Below, one piece after another: positions 27,830 to 40,299 of a stretch of DNA of 64,000 nucleotides. Numbering within the stretch: the first letter of the stretch is position 1; each line of letters begins with the position of its first letter. The translations under genes and the position numbers were made by a program. Below the pieces are notes generated by a model that was not told the origin of the DNA, did not search any database, and worked only from the letters and a program-made list of their open reading frames with translations. Source of the DNA: the human T2T-CHM13v2.0 reference genome, Homo sapiens; the NCBI RefSeq assembly GCF_009914755.1, contig NC_060933.1; one strand, given 5' to 3'.

Positions 27830-30800
27830 TCCATTACGGATGATTCCATTCCATTGCATTCCATTCCACTCCATTCCCCTGTACTGGGGTTGATTCCATT
27901 CCATTCCATTCCAATCCATGCCATTCCACTCGTGTTGATTCCATTCTTTCCATTGCATTGAAGTTGAATCCATTCCATTGCATTCCATTCCATTCGATTC
28001 CGTTCGATTGCACTCGGGTTGATTCCATTCCATTGCATTCCATTCCATTCCATTCCATTCCATTCCATTCCATTCCATTCCGTTCCATTCCATTTCATTA
28101 CATTCAGATTGATTCTATTCAATTCCCTTACACTCCATTATATTCCAATCCATTCTGGTTGTTTCCATTCCATTCCATTCCTTTTCACTCGTGTTGATTC
28201 CATTCCTTTCCATTCCATTCGGTTTGAAGCCATTCCATTCCATTCAATTCCACTCCATTCCATTCCATTCCATTCCATTCCATTCCATTCCATTCCATTC
28301 CATTGTACTCGGGTTGATTCCATTCCATTGCATTCCATTCCATTCCATTCCATTCCGTTCCATTCCATTCCATTACATTCGGATTGATTCTATTCAACTC
28401 CGTTACTCTCCATTCCATTCCATTCCATTCGGGTTGTTCCATTCCATTCCATTCCATTCCACTCCATTCCATTGCACTCGGGTTGATTCCATTCCATTCC
28501 ATTCCATTCCATTCCATTCCATTCCATTCCGGATGATTCCATTCCATTGCATTCCGTTCCATTACATTACCCTGCACTCGCGTTGATTCCATTCCATTGC
28601 ATTCCACTCCATACCATTCCATTGCATTCCATTCCATTCCATTCCATTCCGGATGATTCCATTCCATTGCATTCCATTCCATTCCATTCCCCTGTACTCG
28701 GGTTGATTCCATTCCATTCCATTCCAATCCATGCCATTCCACTCGTGTTGATTCCATTCTTTCCATTCCATTCAATTTGAATCCATTCCATTACATTCCA
28801 TTCCATTCGATTCCATTCGATTGCACTCGGGTTGATTCCATTCCATTGCATTCCAACCCATTCCATTCCATTCCATTCCATTCCATTCCGTTCCATTCCA
28901 TTCCATTACATTCGGATTGATTCTTTTCAACTCCTTTACTCTCCATTACATTACATTCCATTCGGGTTGTTCCATTCTATTCCATTCCATTCCACTCCAT
29001 TCCAATGCACTCAGGTTGATTCCATTCCATTCCATTCCATTCCATTCCGGATGATTCCATTCCATTGCATTCAGTTCCATTACATTCCCCTGCATTCGGG
29101 TTGATTCCATTCCATTCCATTCCATTCCATTCGATTCCATTCCATTCCCCTGCACTCTCGTTGATTCCATTCCATGCCATTCCATTCCATTCCATTTCAT
29201 TCCTTTCCATTCCATTGCATTCCATTCCATTCCATTCCATTCCGTTCCGTTCCTTTCCATTCCATTCTATTCGGGTTAATTCCATTCCATTCCATTCGAT
29301 TGCAATCGAGTTGATTCCATTCCATTCCATTCCATTCCATTCCATTCCATTCCATTCCATTCCTTTCCATTCCATTACGGATGTTTCCATTCCATTGCAT
29401 TCCATTCCATTCCATTCCATTCCGGATGATTCCATTCCATTGCATTCCGTTCCATTACATTCCCCTGCACTCGGGTTGATTCCATTCCATTCCATTCCAT
29501 TCCATACCATTCCATTCGATTCCATTCCACTCCAATTCTTCCATTCCATTCTATTCCGTACCATTCCATTCCATTCCATACAATTCCATTCCATTCCATT
29601 CCATTCCGTTCCGTTCCGTTCCGTTCCGTTCCATTCCATTCCATTCCATTCTATTCGGGTTAATTCCATTCCATTCCATTCCATTCCATTCTATTCCACT
29701 AAATTGCAATCGAGTTGAATCCATTGCATTCCATTCCATTCCATTCCATTCCATTTCGGAAGATTGCATTCCATTGCATTCCATTCCATTCCATTCCCCT
29801 GCACTCGCGTTGAATCCATTCCATTCCATTCCATTCCATTCCATTCCTTTCCGTTCCATTCCATTCCATTCCATTCCATTCCGTTCCATTCCGTTCCGTT
29901 CCATTCCATTCCATTCCATTCTATTCGGGTTAATTCCATTCCATTCCATTCGATTACAATTGAGTTGATGCCATTTCATTCCATTCGATTCCATTCCATT
30001 CCATTCCATTCCTTTCCATTCCATTACGGATGATTCCATTCCATTGCATTCCATTCCATTCCATTCCCCTGTACTCGGGTTGATTCCATTCAATTCCATT
30101 CCAATCCATGCCTCTCCACTCGTGTTGATTCCATTCTTTCTATTCCATTCAAGTTGAATCCATTCCATTGCATTCCATTCCATTCGATTCCATTCGATTG
30201 CAGTCGGGTTGATTCCATTCCATTGCATTCCATTCCATTCCATTCAATTCCATTCCATTCCATTCCGTTCCATTCCATTTCATTACATTCATATTGATTC
30301 TATTCAAATCCCTTACACTCCATTATATTCCAATCCATTCTGGTTGTTTCCATTCCATTCCATTCCATTTCACTTGTGTTGATTCCATTCCTTTCCATTC
30401 CATTCGGTTTGAAGCCATTCCATTCCATTCAATTCCACTCCATTCCATTCCATTCCATACCATTCCATTCCATTCCATTCCATTGTACTCGGGTTGATGC
30501 CATTCCATTGCATTCCGTTCCGTTCCATTCCATTCCATTCTATTCGGGTTAATTCCATTCCATTCCATTCGATTGCAATCGAGTTAATTCCATTCCATTC
30601 CATTCCATTCCATTCCATTCCATTCCTTTCCATTCCATTACGGATGATTCCATTCCATTGCATTCCATTCCATTCCATTCCCCTGTACTCGGGTTGATTC
30701 CATTCCATTCCATTCCATTCCATTCCATTCCGGAAGATTCCATTCCATTGCATTCCATTCCAATCCATTCCCCTGCACTCACGTTGATTCCATTCCATTC

Positions 30801-33690
30801 CATTCCATTCCATTCCGTTCCGTTCCGTTCCGTTCCATTCCATTCCATTCCATTCCGTTCCGTTCCATTCCATTCCATTCCATTCCATTCTTTCGGGTTA
30901 ATTCCATTCCATTCCATTCGATTGCAATCGAGTTGATTCTATTCCATTCCATTCCATTCCATTCCATTCCATTCCATTCCATTCCTTTCCATTACATTAC
31001 GGATGATTCCATTCCATTTCATTCCATTCCATTCCATTCCCCTGTACTCGGGTTGATTCCATTCCATTCCATTCCAATCCATGCCATTCCACTCGTGTTG
31101 ATTCCATTCTTTCCATTCCATTCAAGTTGAATCCCTTCCATTGCATTCCATTCCATTCGATTCCATTCGATTGCACTCGGGTTGATTCCATTCAATTGCA
31201 TTCCATTCCATTCCATTCCATTCCATTCCATTCCATTCCATTCCGTTCCATTCCATTTCATTACATTCAGATTGATTCTATTCAATTCCCTTACACTCCA
31301 TTATATTCCAATCCATTCTGGTTGTTTCCATTCCATTCCATTCCATTTCACTCGTGTTGATTCCATTCCTTTCCATTCCATTCGGTTTGAAGCCATTCCA
31401 TTCCATTCAATTCCACTCCATTCCATTCCATTCCATTCCATTCCATTCCATTCCATTCCATTCCATTGTACTCGGCTTGATTCCATTCCATTGCATTCCA
31501 TTCCGTTCCATTCCATTCCGTTCCATTCCATTCCATTACATTCGGATTGATTCTATTCAACTCCGTTACTCTCCATTACATTCCATTCCATTCGGGTTGT
31601 TCCATTCCATTCCATTCCATTCCACTCCATTCCATTGCACTCGGGTTGATTCCATTCCATTCCATTCCATTCCATTCCATTCCATTCCATTCCATTCCGG
31701 ATGATTCCATTCCATTGCATTCCGTTCCATTACATTACCCTACACTCGCGTTGATTCCATTCCATTGCATTCCACTCCATACCATTCCATTGCATTCCAT
31801 TCCATTCCATTCCATTCCATTCCATTCCGGATGATTCCATTCCATTGCATTCCATTCCATTCCATTCCCCTGTACTCGGGTTGATTCCATTCCATTCCAT
31901 TCCAATCCATGCCATTCCACTCGTGTTGATTCCATTCTTTCCATTCCATTCAAGTTGAATCCATTCCATTACATGCCATTCCATTCGATTCCATTCGATT
32001 GCACTCAGGTTGATTCCATTCCATTGCATTCCATCCCATTCCATTCCATTCCATTCCATTCCATTCCGTTCCATTCCATTCCATTACATTCGGATTGATT
32101 CTTTTCAACTCCTTTACTCTCCATTACATTACATTCCATTCGGGTTGTTCCATTCCATTCCATTCCATTCCACTCCATTCCATTGCACTCAGGTTGATTC
32201 CATTCCATTCCATTCCATTGCATTCCGGATGATTCCATTCCATTGCATTCAGTTCCATTACATTCCCCTGCATTCGGGTTGATTCCATTCCATTCCATTC
32301 CATTCCATTCGATTCCATTCCATTCCCCTGCACTCGCGTTGATTCCATTCCATGCCATTCCATTCCATTCCATTTCATTCCTTTCCATTCCATTGCATTC
32401 TATTCCATTCCATTCCATTCCGTTCCATTCCTTTCCATTCCATTCTATTCGGGTTAATTCCATTCCATTCCATTCGATTGCAATCGTGTTGATTCCATTC
32501 CATTCCATTCCATTGCATTCCATTCCATTCCATTCCATTCCATTCCATTCCATTCCATTCCTTTCCATTCCATTACGGATGTTTCCATTCCATTGCATTC
32601 CATTCCATTCCATTCCATTCCGGATGATTCCATTCCATTGCATTCCGTTCCATTACATTCCCGTGCACTCGGGTTGATTCCATTCCATTCCATTCCATTC
32701 CATACCATTCCATTCGATTCCATTCCATTCCAATTCTTCCATTCCATTCTATTCCGTACCATTCCATTCCATTCCATACAATTCCATTCCATTCCATTCC
32801 ATTCCATTCCGTTCCGTTCCGTTCCGCTCCGTTCCATTCCATTCCATTCCATTCTATTCGGGTTAATTCCGTTCCATTCCGTTCCATTCCATTCTATTCC
32901 ACTCCATTGCAATCGAGTTGAATCCATTGCATTCCATTCCATTCCATTCCATTCCATTTCGGAAGATTGCATTCCATTGCATTCCATTCCATTCCATTCC
33001 CCTGCACTCGCGTTGAATCCATTCCATTCCATTCCATTCCATTCCATTCCATTCCATTCCTTTCCGTTCCATTCCATTCCATTCCATTCCATTCCGTTCC
33101 ATTCCGTTCCGTTCCATTCCATTCCATTCCATTCTATTCGGGTTAATTCCATTCCATTCCATTCGATTACAATTGAGTTGATGCCATTTCATTCCATTCG
33201 ATTCCATTCCATTCCATTCCATTCCATTCCATTCCATTCCTTTCCATTCCATTACGGATGATTCCATTCCATTGCATTCCATTCCATTCTATTCCCCTGT
33301 ACTCGGGTTGATTCCTTTCAATTCCATTCCATTCCATGCCACTCCACTCGTGTTGATTCCATTCTTTCCATTCCATTCAAGTTGAATCCATTCCATTGCA
33401 TTCCATTCCATTCGATTCCATTCGATTGCAGTCGGGTTGATTCCATTCCATTGCATTCCATTCCATTCCATTCAATTCCATTCCATTCCATTCCGTTCCA
33501 TTCCATTTCATTACATTCATATTGATTCTATTCAATTCCCTTACACTCCATTATATTCCAATCCATTCTGGTTGTTTCCATTCCATTCCATTCCATTTCA
33601 CTTGTGTTGATTCCATTCCTTTCCATTCCATTCGGTTTGAAGCCATTCCATTCCATTCAATTCCACTCCATTCCATTCCATTCCATTCCA
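27830..33690 (+). repeat. ~3.2-kb tandem duplication, with an older partial third copy at ~26820-27780
   Basis: Shared variants CAACTCCGTTAC, ACATTACCCT, GGATGTTTCC, GAGTTGATGCCATTTC, ACATTCATATTG and CACTTGTGTT. ORF pairs 28191/31354, 28832/32010 and 30294/33522 (offsets 3163-3228). Confidence 0.8.
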
Positions 33691-36600
33691 TGCCATTCCA
33701 CTCGGGTTGATTCCATTCCTTTCCATTCCATTCTTGTTGAATCCATTCCATTCCATTCTATTCCATTCGAATCCATTCCATTGCACTCGGGTTGATTCCA
33801 TTCCATTCCATTCCATTCCATTGCAATCGAGTTGATTCCATTCCAATCCATTCCATTCCGTTCCGGATGATTCCATTCCATTCCATTCCATTCCATTCCA
33901 TTCCATTCCTCTGCAGTCGGGTTGATTCCATTCCATTCCATTCCATTCCATTCCATTCCATTCCATTCCATTCCATTCCGTTCAATTCCATTCCATTCCA
34001 TTCTATTCGGGTTAATTCCATTCCATTCCATTGCATTCCATTCCATTCCATTCCATTCCAATCGAGTTGATTCCATTCCATTCCATTCCATTCCATTCCA
34101 CTCCATTCCAGTCCTTTCCATTCCATTACACTCGGGTTGATTCCATTCTATTCCTTTCCATTCCATTCCATTCCATTGTAATCGAGTTGATTCCATTGCT
34201 TTGCATTCCATTCCATTCCATTCCATTCCGGATGATTCCATTCCATTGCATTCCATTCCATTCCATTCCCCTGCACTAGGGTTGATTCTATTCCATTCCA
34301 CTCCATTCCGTTCCATTCCATTCCATTCCATTGTATTCGGGTTAATTCTATTCCATTCCATTCCATTCCACTCCATTCCAGTCCTTTCCATTCCATTCCA
34401 CTCGGGTTGATTCCATTCTATTCCTTTCAATTCCATTCCATTCCATTGAAATCGAGTTGATTCCATTCGAGTTGAATCCATTCCATTCCATTCCATTCCA
34501 TTCCATTGCACACGGGTTCATTCCATTCCATTCCATTCCATTCCATTCCATTCCATTCCATTCCATTTCATTCCATTCCATTCTATTCCGTACCATTCCA
34601 TTCATTCCCATTCCATTCCATTCCATTCCATGCCATTATACTCGGGTTGATTCCATTCCTTTCCATTCCATTCTTGTTGAATCCATTCCATTCCATTCTA
34701 TTCCATTCGAATCCATTCCATTGCACTCGGGTTGATTCCATTCCATTCCATTCCATTCCATTTCATTCCATTCCATTCCATTACATTCGGATTGAATCTA
34801 TTCAATTCCCTTACACTCCATTCCATTCCATTCCATTCCATTCCATTCCACTCCATTCCACTGCGTCAGGTTGATTGCATTCCATTCCATTCCATTCCAT
34901 TCCGGATGATTCCATTCCATTGCATTCCATTCCATTCCATTCCCCTGCACTCGGGTTGATTCCATTCCATTCCATTCCATTCCATTCCATTCCGTTCCAT
35001 TCCATTCCATTCCATTCTATTCCGGTTAATTCCATTCCATTCCATTCGATTCCATTCCATTCCATTCCATTCCATTGCAATCGAGTTGCTTCCATTCCAT
35101 TCCATTCCGTTCCGGATGATTCCATTCCATTCCATTCCATTCCATTCCATTCCTCGGCAGTCGGGTTGATTCCATTCCATTCCATTCCATTCCGTTCCAT
35201 TCCATTCCATTCCGTTCAATTCCATTCCATTCCATTCTATTCGGGTTAATTCCATTCCATTCCATTCCATTCCATTCCATTCCATTCCAATCGAGTTGAT
35301 TCCATTCCATTCCATTCCATTCCATTCCACTCCATTCCAGTCCTTTCCATTCCATTACACTCGGGTTGATTCCATTCTATTCCTTTCCATTCCATTCCAT
35401 TCCATTGCAATCGAGTTGATTCCATTGCTTTGCATTCCATTCCATTCCATTCCATTCCGGATGATTCCATTCCATTGCATTCCATTCCATTCCATTCCCC
35501 TGCACTAGGGTTGATTCTATTCCATTCCACTCCATTCCGTTCCATTCCATTCCATTCCATTGTATTCGGGTTAATTCTATTCCATTCCATTCCATTCCAT
35601 TCCATTCCATTCCATTCCATTACAATCGAGTTGATTCCATTCCATTCCATTCCATTCCATTCCAGTCCTTTCCATTCCATTCCACTCGGGTTGATTCCAT
35701 TCTATTAGTTTCCATTCCATTCCATTCCCTTCCATTCCACTCTGGTTGATTCCATTCCTTTCCATTCCACTCGAATACATTCCCTCCTATTCCACTCGGA
35801 ACGATTCCATTCCATTCCATTCCATTCCATTCCATTCCATTCCATTCCATTCCAGTTCGTTCCATTCCATTCTATTCCGTACCATTCCATTCCATTCCAT
35901 TCCATTCCATTCCATTCCATTCCGTTCCGTTCCATTCCATTCCATTCCATTCCATTCGGATTAATTCCATTCCACTCCATTCGATCGCAATCGAGTTGAT
36001 TCCATTCCATTCCATTCCATTCCATTCCATTCCATTCCTTTCTATTCCATTACTGATGATTCCTTTCCATTGCATTCCATTCCATTCCATTCCCCTGTAC
36101 TCGGGTTGATTCCATTCCATTCCATTCCAATCCATGCCATTCCACTCGTGTTGATTCCATTCTTTCCATTCCATTCAAGATGAATCCATTTCATTGCATT
36201 CCATTCCATTCCATTCCCCTGCAGTCGGGTTGATTCCATTCCATTCCATTCCATTCCATTCCATTCCATTCCGTTCCGTTCCGTTCCTTTCCGTTCCGTT
36301 CCATTCCATTCCATTCCATTCTTCGGGTTAATTCCATTCCATTCCATTCCATTCCAATCCAGTTGATTCCATTCCATTCCATTCCATTCCATTCCACTCC
36401 ATTCCAGTCCTTTCCATTCCATTCCACTCGGGTTGATTCCAATGTATTCCTTTCCATTCCATTCCATTCCATTGCAATCGAGTTGATTCCATTGCTTTGC
36501 ATTCCATTCCATTCCATTTAATTCCGGATGATTCCATTCCATTGCATTCCATTCCATTCCATTCCCCTGCACTCGGGTTGATTCCATTCCATTCCACTGC

Positions 36601-39600
36601 ATTCCGTTCCATTCCATTCCATTCCATTGTATTCGGGTTAATTCCATTCCATTCCATTCCATTCCATTCCATTCCATTCCATTCCATTACAATCGAGTTG
36701 ATTCCATTCCATTGCATTCCATTCCATTCCATTCCAGTCCTTTCCATTCCATTCCACTCGGGTTGATTCCATTCTATTAGTTTCCATTCCATTCCATTCC
36801 CTTCCATTCCACTCTGGTTGATTCCATTCCTTTCCATTCCACTAGAATACATTCCCTCCTATTCCACTCGGAACGATTCCATTCCATTCCATTGCATTCC
36901 ATTCCATTCCATTCCATTCCATTCCAGTTCGTTCCATTCCGTTCTATTCCGTACCATTCCATTCCATTCCATTCCTTTCCATTCCATTCCTTTCCACTCG
37001 TGTTGATTCCATTCTTTTCCATTCCATTCGGTTTGAAGGCATTCCATTCCTTTCAATTCCATTCCATTCCATTCCATTCCATTCCATTCCATTCCATTCC
37101 ATTCCATTGCAATCGAGTTGAATCCATTGCCTTTCGTTCCATTCCATTCCATTCCATTCCGGAAGATTCCATTCCATTGCATTCCATTCCATTCCATTCC
37201 CCTGCACTCGCGTTGATTCCATTCCATTCCATTCTATTCCATTCCGTTCCGTTCCATTCCATTCCATTCCATTCCATTCCGTTCCATTCCATTCCATTCC
37301 ATTCTATTCGGGTTAATTCCATTCCATTCCATTCGATTGCCATCGAGTTGATTCCATTCCATTCCATTCCATTCCATTCCATTCCATTCCATTCCATTCC
37401 TTTCCATTCCATTACGGATGACTCCATTCCATTGCATTCCATTCCATTCCATTCCCCTGTACTCGGGTTGATTCCATTCCATTCCATTCCACTCCATTCG
37501 GTTCCGTTGCATTCCATTCTATTGCATTCCATCTATTCGGGTTAATTCCATTCCATTCTATTCCATTCCATTCCATTCCATTCCATTGCAATGGAGTTGA
37601 TTCCATTCCATTCCATTCCATTCCGGATGATTCCATTCCATTGCATTCCATTCCATTCCATTCCCCTGCACTCGTGTTGATTCCATTCCCTTCCATTCCA
37701 TTCCATTCCGTTCCATTCCATTCCATTCCATTCTATTCCGGTTAATTCCATTCCATTCCATTCCATTCCATTCCATTCCGTTGCAATCGAGTTGATTCCA
37801 TTCCATTCCTTTCCATTCCATTCCATTGCGTTGCATTCCACTCGGGTTGATTCCATTCCCTTCTTTCCACTCCATTACATTCCCTTCCATGATTGATTCC
37901 ATTCCATTCCATTCCATTTCATTCCATTGCAATCCATTCCAATCCATTCCATTCCATTCCATTCCACTCGAGTTGACTTCATTCCATTCCTTTCCATTCC
38001 ATTCCATTCCTTTCCACTCGAGTTGATTCCATTCCATTCCAATCCATTGCATTCCATTCCATGCCATTCCACTCGGGTTGATTCCATTCCTTTGCATTCC
38101 ATTCCATTCCATTCCATTCCATTCCATTCCGTTGTATTCCATTCCATTACATTCGGATTGATTCTATTCAACTCCCTTACTCTCCATTACATTCCATTCC
38201 ATTCGGGTTGTTCCATTCCATTCCATTCCATTCCACTCCATTCCATTGCACTCGGGTTGATTCCATTCCATTCCATTCCATTCCGGATGATTCCATTCCA
38301 TTGCATTCCATTCCATTACATTCCCCTGCACTCGCGTTGATTCCATTCCATTCCATTCCTTTCCATTCAATTCCATTCCATTACAATTCGTTCCATTCCA
38401 TTCTATTCCGTACCATTCCATTCCATTCCATACCATTCCATTCCATTCCATTCCATTCCATTCCATTCCATTCCGTTCCATTCCGTTCCATTCCATTCCA
38501 TTCCATTCTATTCGGGTTAATCCCATTCCATTCCATTGCAATCGAGTTGAATCCATTGCATTTCATTCCATTCCATTCCATTCCATTCAGGAAGATTCCA
38601 TTCCATTGCATTCCATTCCATGCCATTCCCCTGCACTCGCGTTGATTCCATTCCATTCCATTCCATTCCATTCCATTCCATTCCGTTCCTTTCCGTTCCA
38701 TTCCATTCCATTCCATTCCATACCATTCCATTCCGTTCCGTTCCATTCCATTCCATTCCATTCTACTCGGGTTAATTCCACTCCATTCCATTCGATTGCA
38801 ATCGTGTTGATTCCATTCCATTCCATTCCATTCCATTCCATTCCATTGCATTCCTTTCCATTCCTTTCCATTCCTTTCCATTCCATTACGGATGATTCCA
38901 TTCCATTGCATTCCATTCCATTCCATTCCTCTGTACTTGGGTTGATTCCATTCCATTGCATTCCAATCCATGCCCTTCCACTCGTGTTGATTCCATTCTT
39001 ATCATTCCATTCAAGTTGAATCTATTCCATTGCATTCCATTCCATTCGATTCCATTCGATTGCACTCGGGTTGATTCCATTCCATTGCATTCCATTCCAT
39101 TCCATTCCATTCCATTCCATTCAGTTCCATTCCATTCCATTACATTCGGATTGATTCTATTCAATTCCCTTACACTCCATTACATTCCATTCCATTCGGG
39201 TAGTTTCCATTCCATTCCATTCCATTCCTCTCCATTCCATTGCACTCGGGTTGATTCCATTCCATTGCATTCCATTCCATTCCATTCCATTCCATTCCGT
39301 TCCATTCCATTCCATTACATTCGGATTGACTCTATTCAACTCCCTTACTCTCCATTACATGCCATTCCATTCGGGTTGTTCCATTCCATTCCATTCCATT
39401 CCACTCCATTCCATTGCACTCGGGTTTATTCCATTCCATTCCATTCCATTCCATTCCGGAAGATTCCATTCCATTGCATTCCATTCCATTCCATTACCCT
39501 GCACTCGCGTTGATTCCATTCCATTCCATTCCATTCCATTCCATTCCATTCCTTTCCGTTCCTTTCCATTCCATTCCATTCCTTTCCATTCCATTCCATT

Positions 39601-40299
39601 CCATTCCGTTCCGTTCCGTTCCTTTCCATTCCATTCCATTCCATTCTATTCGGGTTAATTCCATTCCATTCCATTCGATTGCAATCGAGTTGATTCCATT
39701 CCATTCCATTCCATTCCATTCCATTCCATTCCACTCCTTTCCATTCCTTTACGGATGATTCCATTCCATTGCATTCCATTCCATTCCATTCCCCTGTACT
39801 CGGGTTGATTCCATTCCATTCCATTCCAGTCCATGCCATTCCACTCGTGTTGATTCCATTCTCTCCATTCCATTCAAGTTGAGTCCATTCCATTGCATTC
39901 CCTTCCATTCCATTCCCCTGCAGTCGGGTTGATTCCATTCCATTCCATTCCATTCCATTCCATTCCGTTCCGTTCCATTCCATTCCATTCCTTTCTATAC
40001 GGGTTAATTCCATTCCATTCCATTCCATTCCATTCCATTCCATTCCATTCCAATCAAGTTGATTCCATTCCATTCCATTCCATTCCATTCCACTCCATTC
40101 CAGTCCTTTCCATTCCATTCCACTCGGGTTGATTCCAATGTATTCCTTTCCATTCCATTCCATTCCATTCCATTCCATTCCATTCCATTCCATTCCATTC
40201 CATTTCGTTCCATTCCATTCCATTCCGTATCATTCCATTCCATTCCATTCCATTCCATTCCATTCCATTCCATTCCATTCCATTCCATTCCATTCCATT

